A DNA stretch of 58,365 bases, counting the filler, from Bipalium vagum (Eukaryota), in the NCBI GenBank assembly GCA_037834085.1. It is 3 parts of 3 records of this genome, joined end to end, with 100 filler letters (N's around TTAATTAATTAA, not from the genome) between each part and the next. Parts side by side here need not be neighbours in the genome. Positions count along the whole stretch, not along the records: positions 1 to 19,823 come from JBBMKC010266820.1; 2 more parts are not named here. The stretch is one strand, 5' to 3'. The position numbers were made by a program, and so were the translations under genes. The notes below the pieces were generated by a model. The model was not told where the DNA came from and ran no database searches. It saw only the letters and a program-made list of their open reading frames with translations. Positions 1 through 12,800 of this stretch are shown here, one piece after another; positions within the stretch are counted from its first letter, which is position 1, and each line of letters starts with the position of its first letter.

Positions 1-160
1 AAAAGCAAAAGGAGGTAAATTAGCAAAAGAGCGGATTACCATTTGCTTACTTTGTTCTTCCACCGGGGAAAATTTTAAGCCTTTAATAATTGGGAAATCT
101 GCAATGCCTCAAGCTTTTAAAAAGGCTATTCCAAGTAATATATTTTGGAGATCGAATAAT
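1..160 (+). mobile_element. pogo/Tigger transposase fragment
   Basis: Frame 2 reads KAKGGKLAKERITICLLCSSTGENFKPLIIGKSAMPQAFK...FWRSN, typical of Tigger DDE_1. Confidence 0.8.
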
Positions 161-168
161 ATATATAT

Positions 169-361
169 ATTTATTTTTTAAATAGACGCATTTCAATAGT
201 TTTGAACAGATTTTTTCCAGACATCTATTATCAAGAAACATGTTTCGAACTATTATCAGTTCATCATCATCATCATGATAATAGTTCGAAACATGTTTCT
301 TGATAATGTTTGGAAAAAAATTGTTCAAAACTATTGAAATGCGTCTATTTAAAAAATAAAT
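169..361. repeat. Long near-perfect inverted repeat (foldback, ~90-bp arms, 17-nt loop)
   Basis: 169-258 is the reverse complement of 276-361 apart from a few mismatches and one short indel. Confidence 0.9.
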
Positions 362-672
362 TTATGATATTCACAAGATTAAAAAAAAAATATATATATA
401 TATAGTCATATTTTAAAAGGAAAATATTTTGCTCAAACTAATATACATTCAATAATATTCATACACATGATGACTGATAATACTTGTTTAAAAAGAAACA
501 ATATCACAACGCTAATATAAAAAGATCTGAAAATTCTTATAATTTTTCAATTAAAACACGTTTAAATATGTGGGGATTGTAGATGATCAATAACAAAAAT
601 TTTAAAGAAGCAATTTATTAAAATTTATAAAATTAAACATTGTTCTATTTTCACAAAAAGCCACAAATGACA

Positions 673-804
673 TCATTTATTCTTACTAGAATCAATAATT
701 TCTCGCAATTTCTTAAACGATTCCAACAATGCGTCAATGTATTCTTGTCCGTCGGATTTGGAAGAATTATTCCACGTGGTGATTATCGCTCCACACATAT
801 CGTC
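673..804 (-). CDS. CPT2: CPT2 exon 10 (terminal)
   Basis: taatag|GAC; [11 protein letters not shown]...SKNK, then TGA at 675-673. Confidence 0.85.
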   Translation of the reverse strand, partial: DDMCGAIITTWNNSSKSDGQEYIDALLESFKKLREIIDSSKNK

Positions 805-3800
805 CTATTATTAAATGTATCATAAATATTGAACTACAAAACCACGTACCATAATTCTATATCCGATCCCATATCCGTGAAGGCTTACCGCTGCAAATGA
901 TCCAAGGAATAACGCCTCAGAGGGAACAGTGCTGGTGCTAATAATTATTTCATTTATTGAATTATAGCTGGGGTCGGTAAATATCCCAGGCACTTTACCA
1001 GACAATTGAGCAAAGTGTTTCAGTCCCATCATGTGTCTGTCCCACCCTGTTTATAATGATATCACATTAGCGCTGTGCTTCAAATAAAATGAAAAATGAT
1101 ATTGAGAATTCGACACAGTTGATCCTTGTCGACGTGATTCAACCGAAGAATCTGCCATAACAAATTTGGAATTTTTTCTATGATTTTTCAAGTTTATTAT
1201 AATTATCACTTTTATTGATTGCAAATTACTTCATATATAACAAAGAATTATCAATAAGTTTTATTTTTAATACATTCTTTGATTGTTTTCGAATTCAAAA
1301 CCTGATTTTCTGATATTCAAAAAACTTTGTTTTTCTTTCAAAAATATTAATTACTGAGCTTATAACTTTATTAATTATTGTGCTCTTGAATTTTATTTTA
1401 AAAGCGTTATAATTTCAATTTGAAAACGTCTTTTTTCGAATATGATGTTTGTTTCAAAGAATTAATTTCTGTTTATTCTACTTGGCTATTAAAATTATAA
1501 CAAAGAATCCAAAAATTTCCTTTTTCCTATTTTTTATTTAATTTATAAAGTAACAAAAGATGTCATTTTGCAAAATGAATAATAGCATTGACATTTCTAA
1601 CGTAGTTCTGGTCATTATTTTTTTCTATAAACGGTAAATTGGTGTCCTGTGCCATATGAATCTTTATAATGAAAAATCAGCTGCTTTAAATTGCGTAAAA
1701 CTCTTAACAAATGTGAATTTACACAATTTTTTTTGTATCATAGTATTAAAAATTAAAAATATGAAGGAAGTGCTAATTATATAATCGAACATTCTGAAGC
1801 TTATTTACTAAATAGTTAAATATTTCAAAATGTGATATTCTTACTATTAAAAAAATTATATTATATAAATATTAAAAAAGGATAATTATTTCATTACAAT
1901 TTGTGAATGGTACTTAGAAAAATTCAAAGGTGATGTATTAGAAGTAGCTCAATCTGTGCTATGAATTTTATATATGACCTGGTATATATATACCTGGTAA
2001 CACAGTATTTTAGACTGTCAATCACAAGTCATAAGCCATAGGTTTGTTTCTTAATATTAGGTATATCCATAAGTCTTTACGGAACAAATACTACAAAAAT
2101 TTATTTTATAAAAAAACATTTTAATTAGTTATTTAATATCCATCATTATTGTCTGCCAACGTTCAGGTAGAAGTTCGATTTCGTGTTTGAAGAAATTTGA
2201 TCCTTTTCGGCTAAATAAGAGATACCATTTTCAATTTCATATTTGTCACTGAGACCCTTTTCTTTCGAATAATAATACAATAATCTGAACAGATGATAAT
2301 CTGCCAATGCCATATTTAGTCTGTTTTTTAAGTGAGGCAGGAGTTTCCAACAAAACTCTTTCAGCTTAATTCTGGTTGTTTAAGATGTGTTGGGTTTTAC
2401 GTTAGCTTGTTACAGAATAATACCTTTTCGGTTAAGCAGAGATAGACTCGTAATCTTAACCTATCACGTAGTCGATCTAATTACCTACAGTAGGCATCAC
2501 TGGTAATAGTTTTACCCATATCCAATTTCAGATATCGATAGACAGCTGTTTTGGAAGTATCCGTGAGTTTGTACAATTCCAACGTCCTTTGACAGAATCT
2601 TCTTGCCCCAAGTCTTTTAGGTCATCCTTTTTTTATTTCGTTAGATCAATTCAGTCTTGGGTTATCTTGAAGATCGTAATCATAGTTGCGAAACTTTCTG
2701 AATCATCTTTTCACATGTACTTATACATGGATGATCTACCAGTGTCATTCATATTATATCTTGCGTTTATTCAATATTTAAAGTCATGCAGCACGTATAT
2801 CCTTAATGTTTCTTCTGTAAAGGCCATCACTAAAAATAATACTACCTTCAAACCAAAAAAAGTGTTTTTGTAATTCTATCAATTTTCACCAAATGAGTTA
2901 GATGTTGTCTTAAATACATATGTTTACTTGATTTTAAAGACTTTAAATTTCAACTCTATCTGAAAAAGATAAAATTCTTTTATTATTCAATTATGATAGA
3001 TTACTGGTTAAGATGGGAAAATTGATATAAAATACACAACGGTATAAGATTTATCCAACGCATATAATTTAAATAAAAACCATGCAACACTTTTTTTTTC
3101 TTTAAAACCTTGAAAACTCCGAAGAACTGGTAGCAGTAATAACAAATGCCATTCGTAAACGTCGCTCCAGTAGCATCTGTGACATTTAACAAGAGACTGC
3201 CATTCCAACAAGTACTGTTGTAAAAATTATTAAAGATGAAAAATTCAGAGTCGTACATCGAAAAAAAATTCCACTTCTATCAGATAAACAAAAGACTAAA
3301 AGGATGAAGAGGTGCCGACACCACAAATATAATACACGGCACCATTATGTGGATATTGACTAAAAATGGTTCGAGTTTCACTCCTTCAATCATGAAGGAT
3401 GTCTGTGATAATAATAGTCCAAAGGAAAAAGTTCTCATAGTAAGCAAGGCTAATATTTCAAAGATAATGATAATAACTGCTGTTACCAATCGAAACTCTG
3501 AAAATATTTTCAACGGTCTGAATGGCATTTGTAAGATTTAGGTATACTACGAAGTCTAACGATCTTCGTAGAACCTCAACAAAGCAAATATATACAAAAT
3601 TAACTGCACCATGATTTCTTCTATCTTCAAAGAACTGATGTGTAATGACATTATGTATGCAGTTTCAAACAAGATGCATTGATTTAAAAACGCTTTCATT
3701 CAAATGAATAATGCTCGTCCACATGTTGCTAAAAATAATATTTAAAAAATGACTTTGGGGACAGTATAATTCCAAAAGTCACTGTTACGAATCAGCCGGT

Positions 3801-6800
3801 TCAATCTCCAGAAATAAACGTTACTGATGTCAGATTTTTTCATTCTTTAAGCCAACGATCCCGAAAAATCATGTGTAACAAACTGGATGAATTGTGGATC
3901 ATGCTACTAGCTGAATTTTGGTCTACCAAAAAAGTAAGATTTACTTCTTTCTTCAGCAAAAGATATTGTACCATAAACCCTTTTATTGGTTCAAAAGTGG
4001 CAGCTGTAAATATTAAACATGAATTTCTTCTATTACAATGTAATGTTATTGCTGATTTATTTGAAAAATAACTTTACATTCTTCTTTACTTTAAAATAAT
4101 CAATCCACTTTTTCATAGTTTGGAGATAATTAATTAAATTTATCTAATTAAAAATAAATGAATATGAATAATAAAATTTCATTACAAATACTTCTAAATG
4201 ATTTACACATAAATAATTCAACTAGGTGTAGAAAACAACATTAAATAATAGTCAATGAAAAGTAAGGCTTATGGAACGACGTGGTATTTTCGAAAAACGG
4301 ATATTTAAATTTCCAACTTTTAAACAAATTAAACAATCTATTGATTAGTTATTTATTAGACTGTTATCAAAGTGTGAATTATTTGAAAATACATGTTATA
4401 AACTTTTTAAATATTTCATAAGACAACCTATTATTACGAGGGTGGTTCAATAAGTCCGCGAAAAATAAAATAACGACTAATATATTTACTAAGAACAAAG
4501 TTTATTTTTCAAAATAATCTCAAAGTTGATCTATACACTTCAGCGTATCTCAAGTTTATTAATTCCTTCTTTATAATAAGATTGATACAGTCCATCAAAA
4601 TAAGCACTTAATTCATGAATGATTTCAATATCCAATTGAAATTTTCGATCAGCAAGCCATTTTTTCATGTCTGAAAAGAGGAAATAATCAGTCGGAGCTA
4701 AATCGGGAGAATATGGTGGATGTGATAGCAGTTGAAAGTGTAGTTCATGCAGTTTTGCCATTGCAACTGTCGATCTGCAAGGCGGTGCGTTATCATGAAG
4801 GAACAACACCTTTTTCTTTAACACGTGTGGCTGTTTCACTTTAATCTCTTCATTCAAACGGGTCAATAATCCACTATAACATTTTCCATTAATTGTTTTT
4901 CCTTTTTCAAGATAATAGGCTAGAATTACACGTGCGCATTCCAAAAAATGACAGCCATGACCTTTCCAGCAGATACAGCAGTCTTCGCCTTTTTCGGAGC
5001 TGGTTCGTCTAATTTTATCCACTTCTTTGATTGATTTTTAGATTCAAGGGTATAGTGGTGAATCCAAGTTTCATCAACAGTGATAAAACGACAAAGAAAA
5101 TCATTTGGATTGTCTTGGAATAAAGCCAATCCTTGTTCCGAACTTCGCATACGCTCATTCTTTTGGTCAACTGTGAGCAAACGCGGCACCCATCTCGCAG
5201 AAAGTTTTCTCTTTTCCAAATCTTTATGCAAAATTGAAAATGTTGATCCAACTGATATGCCAAAAGCCTGGGGTGTCTCACGCACTTTGATTCGTCGATC
5301 ATTAAGAACAATATCGTGAATCTTTTGAATAATTTTCGATGTTTTCACTTCGTTTGGACGATCAGACCGTGCGAGAACATCTATGCTTGTACGGCCACAA
5401 CGAAATTCGGTGAACCATTTATGCATCATCCTGATTGATGGTGAGGAGTCAAATTTGTGAGGAGTAAATTTGTTTTACTGATTGTTTTACCTCTCAAAAA
5501 ATAATGTTTCAGGAGGACTGGAAATTCGTGATGTTCCATTTTCATATTGATAATTGTTATTGATAACTTTGAAATGTGATATAATTAAAAAAATTATGTA
5601 TTTATCTGAATTTTCGGATTTTACATAAATTATGTCTAATTTGTTTATTAACAAAGTTTAAAAGCACTAATGTTAAAATTTGTTTTTTTTTTCAAGGACT
5701 TATTGAACCGCCCTCTTATTATGATAATTATTATTATTTTAAATTGTGAATATGAAAGTGTACAAATAAACTTATTAATTTTGATTTTTACAAAGACCAA
5801 AATCATAAAGACCAACGACACTAAGAAGTGACTTATACCAAAGGAAAAATAGATGCATTAAATTAAAAAATTACTTGATATTTGCTAAAGATGATAATTT
5901 ATATGTTCAAGATTTTAATGTTTTTAATGTTAAACATTTTAATGTTTGTTTATAATTTGTATAAAAAAAGAGTGGTGAATTATTCAATTTTTAATTGATT
6001 ATATGCCCATCTAATTTTGTCAATGTGATATAACATGATTGGTAAATTCAGTTCGGTCGGAAATGAATTATTTACCTTTGAAACATCAATAGAAAAATTT
6101 TAATTGATTAGATGACATCAACAATTATGTTTAAATATAATTCCGGAACGTTTAGTGATACTAAAAATAAATATTAAAAAAATGATTTATTATTATTATT
6201 ATAAATTATAACAATATATTTTATTTAATATTTTAACCTTTTCCCAACAAAGCTTCCAATTTTAATTTACAATGCTTCTTGGAGCAGTTCACGAGAGCCT
6301 CGTATAATGAAGAGTCCGAACTTGAAGACTTGCTTACTAATTCACAAAAATATTTTGATTCAATAGTTGCTTGTCTGAGTGTCTCTGTCCGCCCATGCTT
6401 AAATCCTGATGTACTGACCGACTCATACGAAGCCGCCAGCTTGCTGTTCAGTTTATAATAAGCCATCTAAAGCAGAAAACGTTGACTGATTTCCAGAAAA
6501 TGTAAAGAAAAAATTTAACTTGGAACGCCAATTGTATAATGGCATCAGAATCAATAGAAGTTGAATCCAGATAATTTTTACTAAGAAATTCACTTTGACC
6601 TATGTCTAAATTCAGTAAATGACGTTTTTCATCATACTCTTTTTTGGCAAGAGGTAAAATGTCTTCGGTAAATTGGGGACCCAAATTGAAAGTTAATTTA
6701 TTTACTTGGGGTGCAGGAAGTTGTGATCTAAAAAGAAAAACAATGTGGAAATTTGAAAAATAAACTTATAAAAATTTATACAAGTAAACTTCATAGTTTA

Positions 6801-9800
6801 AAAAGAAAAGGAATTTCTTTGAAAAACTCATTCTTTACTTGTTGTCTTTACTTAAAAAAATAATTTCAGTACTCAAAAAATATATCATTATTAGAATTGT
6901 TAAGTATAACATTAAATTATTGATAAACATGAAAAAATCATTTGAGCAAAATTTCATTTTCATTTAATAAACCATTAAAAATAAAATTACTGGTTGTTCA
7001 TTTCATTAGTTCAAAAAATTTGATAATTGAATAAAAAATAGTTAATATATAATTGATATTTATTTTTTTGTCGAATTTTGTTAATATTTTGAAAAATGAA
7101 CAGATTTGTGCTTCAAATATAAGGTTAGTAACTATCAAAAATCACTTAATAAATAAATACACTTACTCTTCCATTGGAGTTAGTGGATTGAAAAATTGAG
7201 GATTTTTTTCACTATCCTTAAAGATTTCATCAAAATATGTTAAAACAGCAATACCATCTCCCCAGCTGTGTTCAAAATTCAATGCAGCTTGACCCTTAGA
7301 ATCGATAATTAATGAAAACGATTTATCGAACCACCGATTTTCTGCAGGACCATGAAGGGTATTATATATCTGGTTAAAAGAAATTTATATATTTAGCTTA
7401 CACCTTAGTTAGAAAAATTTCAGAAAACAATCAAATTTACGCAAACCACATAATATAGAGTAACTTTTCGTAAATTTGATTGAAATTCGATAAATCGAAA
7501 TGATATATATTAATTAACAATATACAATTGAAATATTTTTTGTAAAAAATTTATTTTCTTAAAACATGCACCAAAATCTACCGTTAAGCAAAACATACTT
7601 ATTCAATAAGTTTAAATTAATTATAAAATAATTTACCTCTTATTTTCAAACATATTTTTATATCAGTTTAGAATTTAATAAAATAAATCTTTAAAATATA
7701 AAAAATAAGTTTAAAAATCTATAATCTCTCTAAATATTCACATGCAGATTTGTTATTTTCATAATAACTAGTGAAGTTTTCGGTTATATTTCGGCATAAG
7801 AACATCTAAGGCCATGCTCTAAACGACCTTGAAGGTATTTCATTTATACAGATCCAATATTTAAATGATTTAATAATTTGAATGAAGTTTTATTTTCTAA
7901 TTTTGTAAATTAATCAAATTAAATAAGTTAATACAAGTTTATGCAGAAGTATATAGAAAAATATACAAAATATATATAATTCTATTCAAAATATAATATA
8001 TAGAAAATTATTCAGAAATAAACAGAAAAAATTCGATTTTTTCTATTTAAATTGGATCACATTTTATTCAGCCAAAAATATCAGCTGCACGGTTGCTATT
8101 AAAATGTCAGTTTTCATTGTTTTGTCATTTTTTTAATATTAAATCAAATTTACAGGCATTTTATGCTTCGAAATCAAAGACGGATCTTACGATGGGGACA
8201 GTTTTATGGACTTTAGTAATGACAAGCTATACAATCATTTCGATCGAAATCCTGAGGATTTATTGGTGATGGACAATTGCAGGTTCCATCACCCCAAAGA
8301 TGTTATTACGTTGCTGACAGAGCGAGGTATTGATTACAGATTTCAGCCACTATACTCGCCTCAGCTATACTATATCATCCTTTATGAGAACCATTATAGA
8401 TCGAGACGATTGGTTACTCAAGTACTCATGCATAATGTTATAGATTTAAGTGATTATTTTCGCAACATGAGGCGGTTTATAGAAAAACCTTGGCGAGACA
8501 ATAATTTATTTAGTGTACATTTCCACTATATATTTTGAATATTTTTCTATATATTTCTGCATAACCATGTAATTCGACTATAAGCCTTAAAATTTTAAAC
8601 AATTTTTATTTCAAAAATGTAAATTAAGAATTATAAAATATTATTAATTATTATTATTATTGATCTGTATTAACAACAGACCAAATTGGCTATTTTAAAA
8701 CATTTAATTTGTAGAGTAACATAAATTAAGGAAAGTATAAAAAACCTCAAACAAATAAAATCTTTGGTCTTAAATTCGTATTCTTTAGTAAATGAAAAAT
8801 TTTGAATTAATTTAAATGTAAGTAATTATTAAAGTAAATCATTATTCAGTTTAATGAATTTTGCATCACCCTTTGATTGATTCAAATATTTCTTCAATCT
8901 CTAATATATTTCTTAATAACAGTTGATCGAGATTCAATTCATTGTATATTTTTGATATACAAAAAGGTATTCTTATATCAAAACCAATTAAAATAAATTG
9001 GAGAAAATCAAAAATTAATCACGATTTTGATGATAAATAAATGAAGATACATTCTAGAAAAGAAAAAACTATACAAACCTAATAATTTTCGACATATCTG
9101 TATTAAAACTAAAATACAAAATCTGATCATAAAATGTTTTTAAGTTAAGGAATCAGTAAAAGTAAACATGTTTAATGATAGTCAGCTGTTTGTTTACTTT
9201 GTTCTTGACTGCAATGTTTCAATTTTTCAAGTGACTAAATTTAGAAAAACCATGAGTCTTTAAATTCGAAACACAACTGATAATATTAAAAATTTAAAAA
9301 GATGAAAACATGAAAATAGAATTTCAGATCATCAATTTTTAAAGCTGAAAGAGACATTTAGTAAAGATTAAAGAATGACAAAATTATGGATAAAAATAAT
9401 TAAAATTTAACCATGTAAAAGTTTGAATCATTATTAGGTACATTACAATCTAAATAAATTACCAATTCTTTCTCGGAGTCATAAGAACAACCATCTAAGG
9501 CCACTACAAAAACTGAAGAGTCAATTTTACGAAGAATTTCTTCATTTCCTAACTGTATTAGTTTTTCTCTGGCAGTGCTCCATTTATCCCGATTCATGGT
9601 AGTAAGCACTCCAAGTCCTGGATACTGGTAGCTAGAGACTACTGGTTGATCGAGAATAAATCTTAGATTTGCAAGAATCTGTTTCGGTTCAACTCCACAT
9701 CCCTATTATCTTTGTAAATCTTTATATCAAATATGACAATAAATAATATCGGTTTTAACGAGTTTCATTATATAAAGAAAGTTACAAAAACTGCACCTTT

Positions 9801-12800
9801 TGTTTTGCTTTTAAAAAACAAGGCTCTTTTAATATTATTTAAATTTTAAAATATATATAACAAAGGTTAAATTAATTTTATTCAGAATATTTATTTTTCA
9901 CTTTACCAAACTATTTTAATGACATTTTTAAAATGAAAATGTTTTGTGTATAAAAATAAAAAAGTATGTAAATTATCCTAATTTCCAGAGATAATTATTA
10001 TCATAACTGTTAAAATTTCAGAAGCAGCGTTATTTAAATATAAACATTTGATTATTTAACAAATGTTTTCTGATAAATTTGAAGGATGAAGTTTGACAAA
10101 CCTTTGAAATTTTAATTCACCAATGAACTTTTATCGATCAGAAATTCCTATTGGATATTTTACAATATATAAATTCGTAAAGTAAATAAACAAATTTTAA
10201 TTTAATTCATTATACAAATTTGATTATTAAATGTGACTGATTTCACTTTGGATTTTAAGTGAACTTGAAGAAGAAAAGGTTAAGATTAATAAAATAAAGG
10301 ATCATATATTGTGTGGAGATTCCAATGCAAAAATATTGAAGATAAAACTTTTTAACTTGGAAAATCCAAATAATATTATTCTACGTTTTAAGGATTTCGA
10401 AAATGTCTCGGGTTAGATATGATTGCTATACATAAAAATAATGGTTATTTCAATTAAAATGATACATTTTATTTATTATAGAGACAGCATTATCTACTTT
10501 ATTCGTTATACTTGGTCTATTTTTAGAAAATTTTCAATTTCGTTTAGTACAATTGATTTTTTATGTAAATTAATTTATTATTTACTCTCTTAAAGTTTCT
10601 TTGGGTAAACTTTGTAAACATTTTGCAGTTAAATAACGGTTAAAATAATAAAATTTCAAGGTTATTTTATAACCAAATTGAAAATAAATAAGCATAAATT
10701 ATTATTAAAATTATCAAACTAAAATTAAAATTATCAATTCCAAACTTTTATCATTTTTCATATCGTAAATAAATTCTAATAAAGCATCATTGATTAAGTT
10801 CTATTTCTAATATGAATTTTTTTATCCCTGATCACATTCCATCTATGGTATTTGTATGATTTCCAGTTTCTTCAGTAACATGAATGGTTAATTACCTTAT
10901 GCTTCATAGTAAGTAGAGGTTCAATGAAATTGTAACCTCTCCATCCATCCGTTTTTACATTTTTTTATGGTTTCGGACGAATCTTGTGTCATTTTTATAA
11001 TATTTTTGAGGAATCTCGCAGACACAAATGTGATACTAATAAATATTCATGGAATTTCACATGCCTTTTTTCAAAAACCGTATTTTTTAAAAAATACTAA
11101 TTTACTTTTGACATGTTTTTACATTTCATCTATAATACTTTTAATAATTATTGGAACTATATGGTACAATTTAGATATTTTTGATTGAATTACAGAATTA
11201 TCAGTAAGATATCTTAATTTTCTTAGGAAGAAAGAAATATTCATCTTATCTAATAATTTTGTCATTGATGCATTCATATTTCTAAAATTACATTGTATAT
11301 AAATATTAGAATAATATAATTTTCTCTACTGATTAAAATATATTAATCAATATTTATTTTTAAGAAAATCTATTTAAAAATTTGGATTATAAAGGACTTT
11401 TATACACATATTAAGTTCCACAGTTTAAACAATACAAACTTCAACCGTTATATTTTATAATTACATAAATTACATTACAAAGAAAAAACATTAAACGAAA
11501 ATAGGATCTTCATTAAATTTTTAGGAAATTATTTTTTTATCACAATTTGTTCGACGCTAAATTCTTAATTTAATTCAAAAAATTTTAATTTATCTGCCCT
11601 AATAAATTAAAATGAATTTTCCTAAAAAGTAAAATCAAATACCATTATAAAAGAAGTTCAATTAATGTTTTTTTAAAAATAATAAAGATGACCATCGCTT
11701 AGATAAATAGATAATAAGAAATAAACCAACATTATCTTTGAAAATATCAAATATGTACATTTGACTATTGTAGATAACAACAATATGGTTCCCGTGCTCT
11801 GATTTAAGGATTTCGTCTTTGCCCGGCTTTGGAATACGAGTAGAATTGATTAAATTTTGGAGTTGGCTCATATCTAACGGGTAAGCCTGAATAATATTAT
11901 AATTTTTTCAAAATTTTTCATATTTAGAATTGCAGAAAACTCAATAATATTTTATGATTAAAATATATTATTTAATTTGATCTGTATTTTTGTATAAATC
12001 ATAAAAATGATAAAGCTCGATAAGTGATATAGAATAAATTATTTCCTTTATGATAATAAAAATAGACTATGCTAATGAAAAGAAAAACAAAAGAATGACT
12101 ATAATTAAGAACAAGATAGATAGATACATAGATATTATCATCCATAAATCATTAATGATCAAGGCACGAGTAACCGTATTTTAGATAATAGATAATTTTT
12201 TTTTCAATTTAAAAACTTTTTTGTAGTTCTGTAACGAATTCTTCCATTTCTACGAGTTACATTCTAAATTACTAATTAAAGCGATACTCACAATTCTGTT
12301 TTTACCTTTCACTTGAATAACCTAATTCAAGTTTTCAAATCTTTAAAATCGTTTTTCGAAATGTTTCATGAATAGGCATTTAACAGAGTTACATTATAAA
12401 AAATTTACAAAATAATAAAGTTTCTTATTCATCTTACAGCTTTTATTCATGTCTTATTTTGAGAAATATTTATTTCAAACTTCATTTATTATGTAACTTT
12501 GAAACCTGTTTTTAAATTTTCATTGAAAAGTATATTGTGGATAAATATTATTTTCACGCCAGATAAGAAAACAGGACCCCTTAGCTATATTGAAGAAATA
12601 AGGTAATTCAAAATGATTAAGATCAATTATTTTTGTGACTTTATGACCACACATTATATTTAAAGAAAAATAAGTATTGATAAAAATTAAGATTTGAACC
12701 GCCAGTAAGATAATGACAGGACTAATAAATAATAATATAATACATTTCAAAATCATTATTTTGAAATCCTATTTAGATTAAATATTTTTACACTGTTTAA

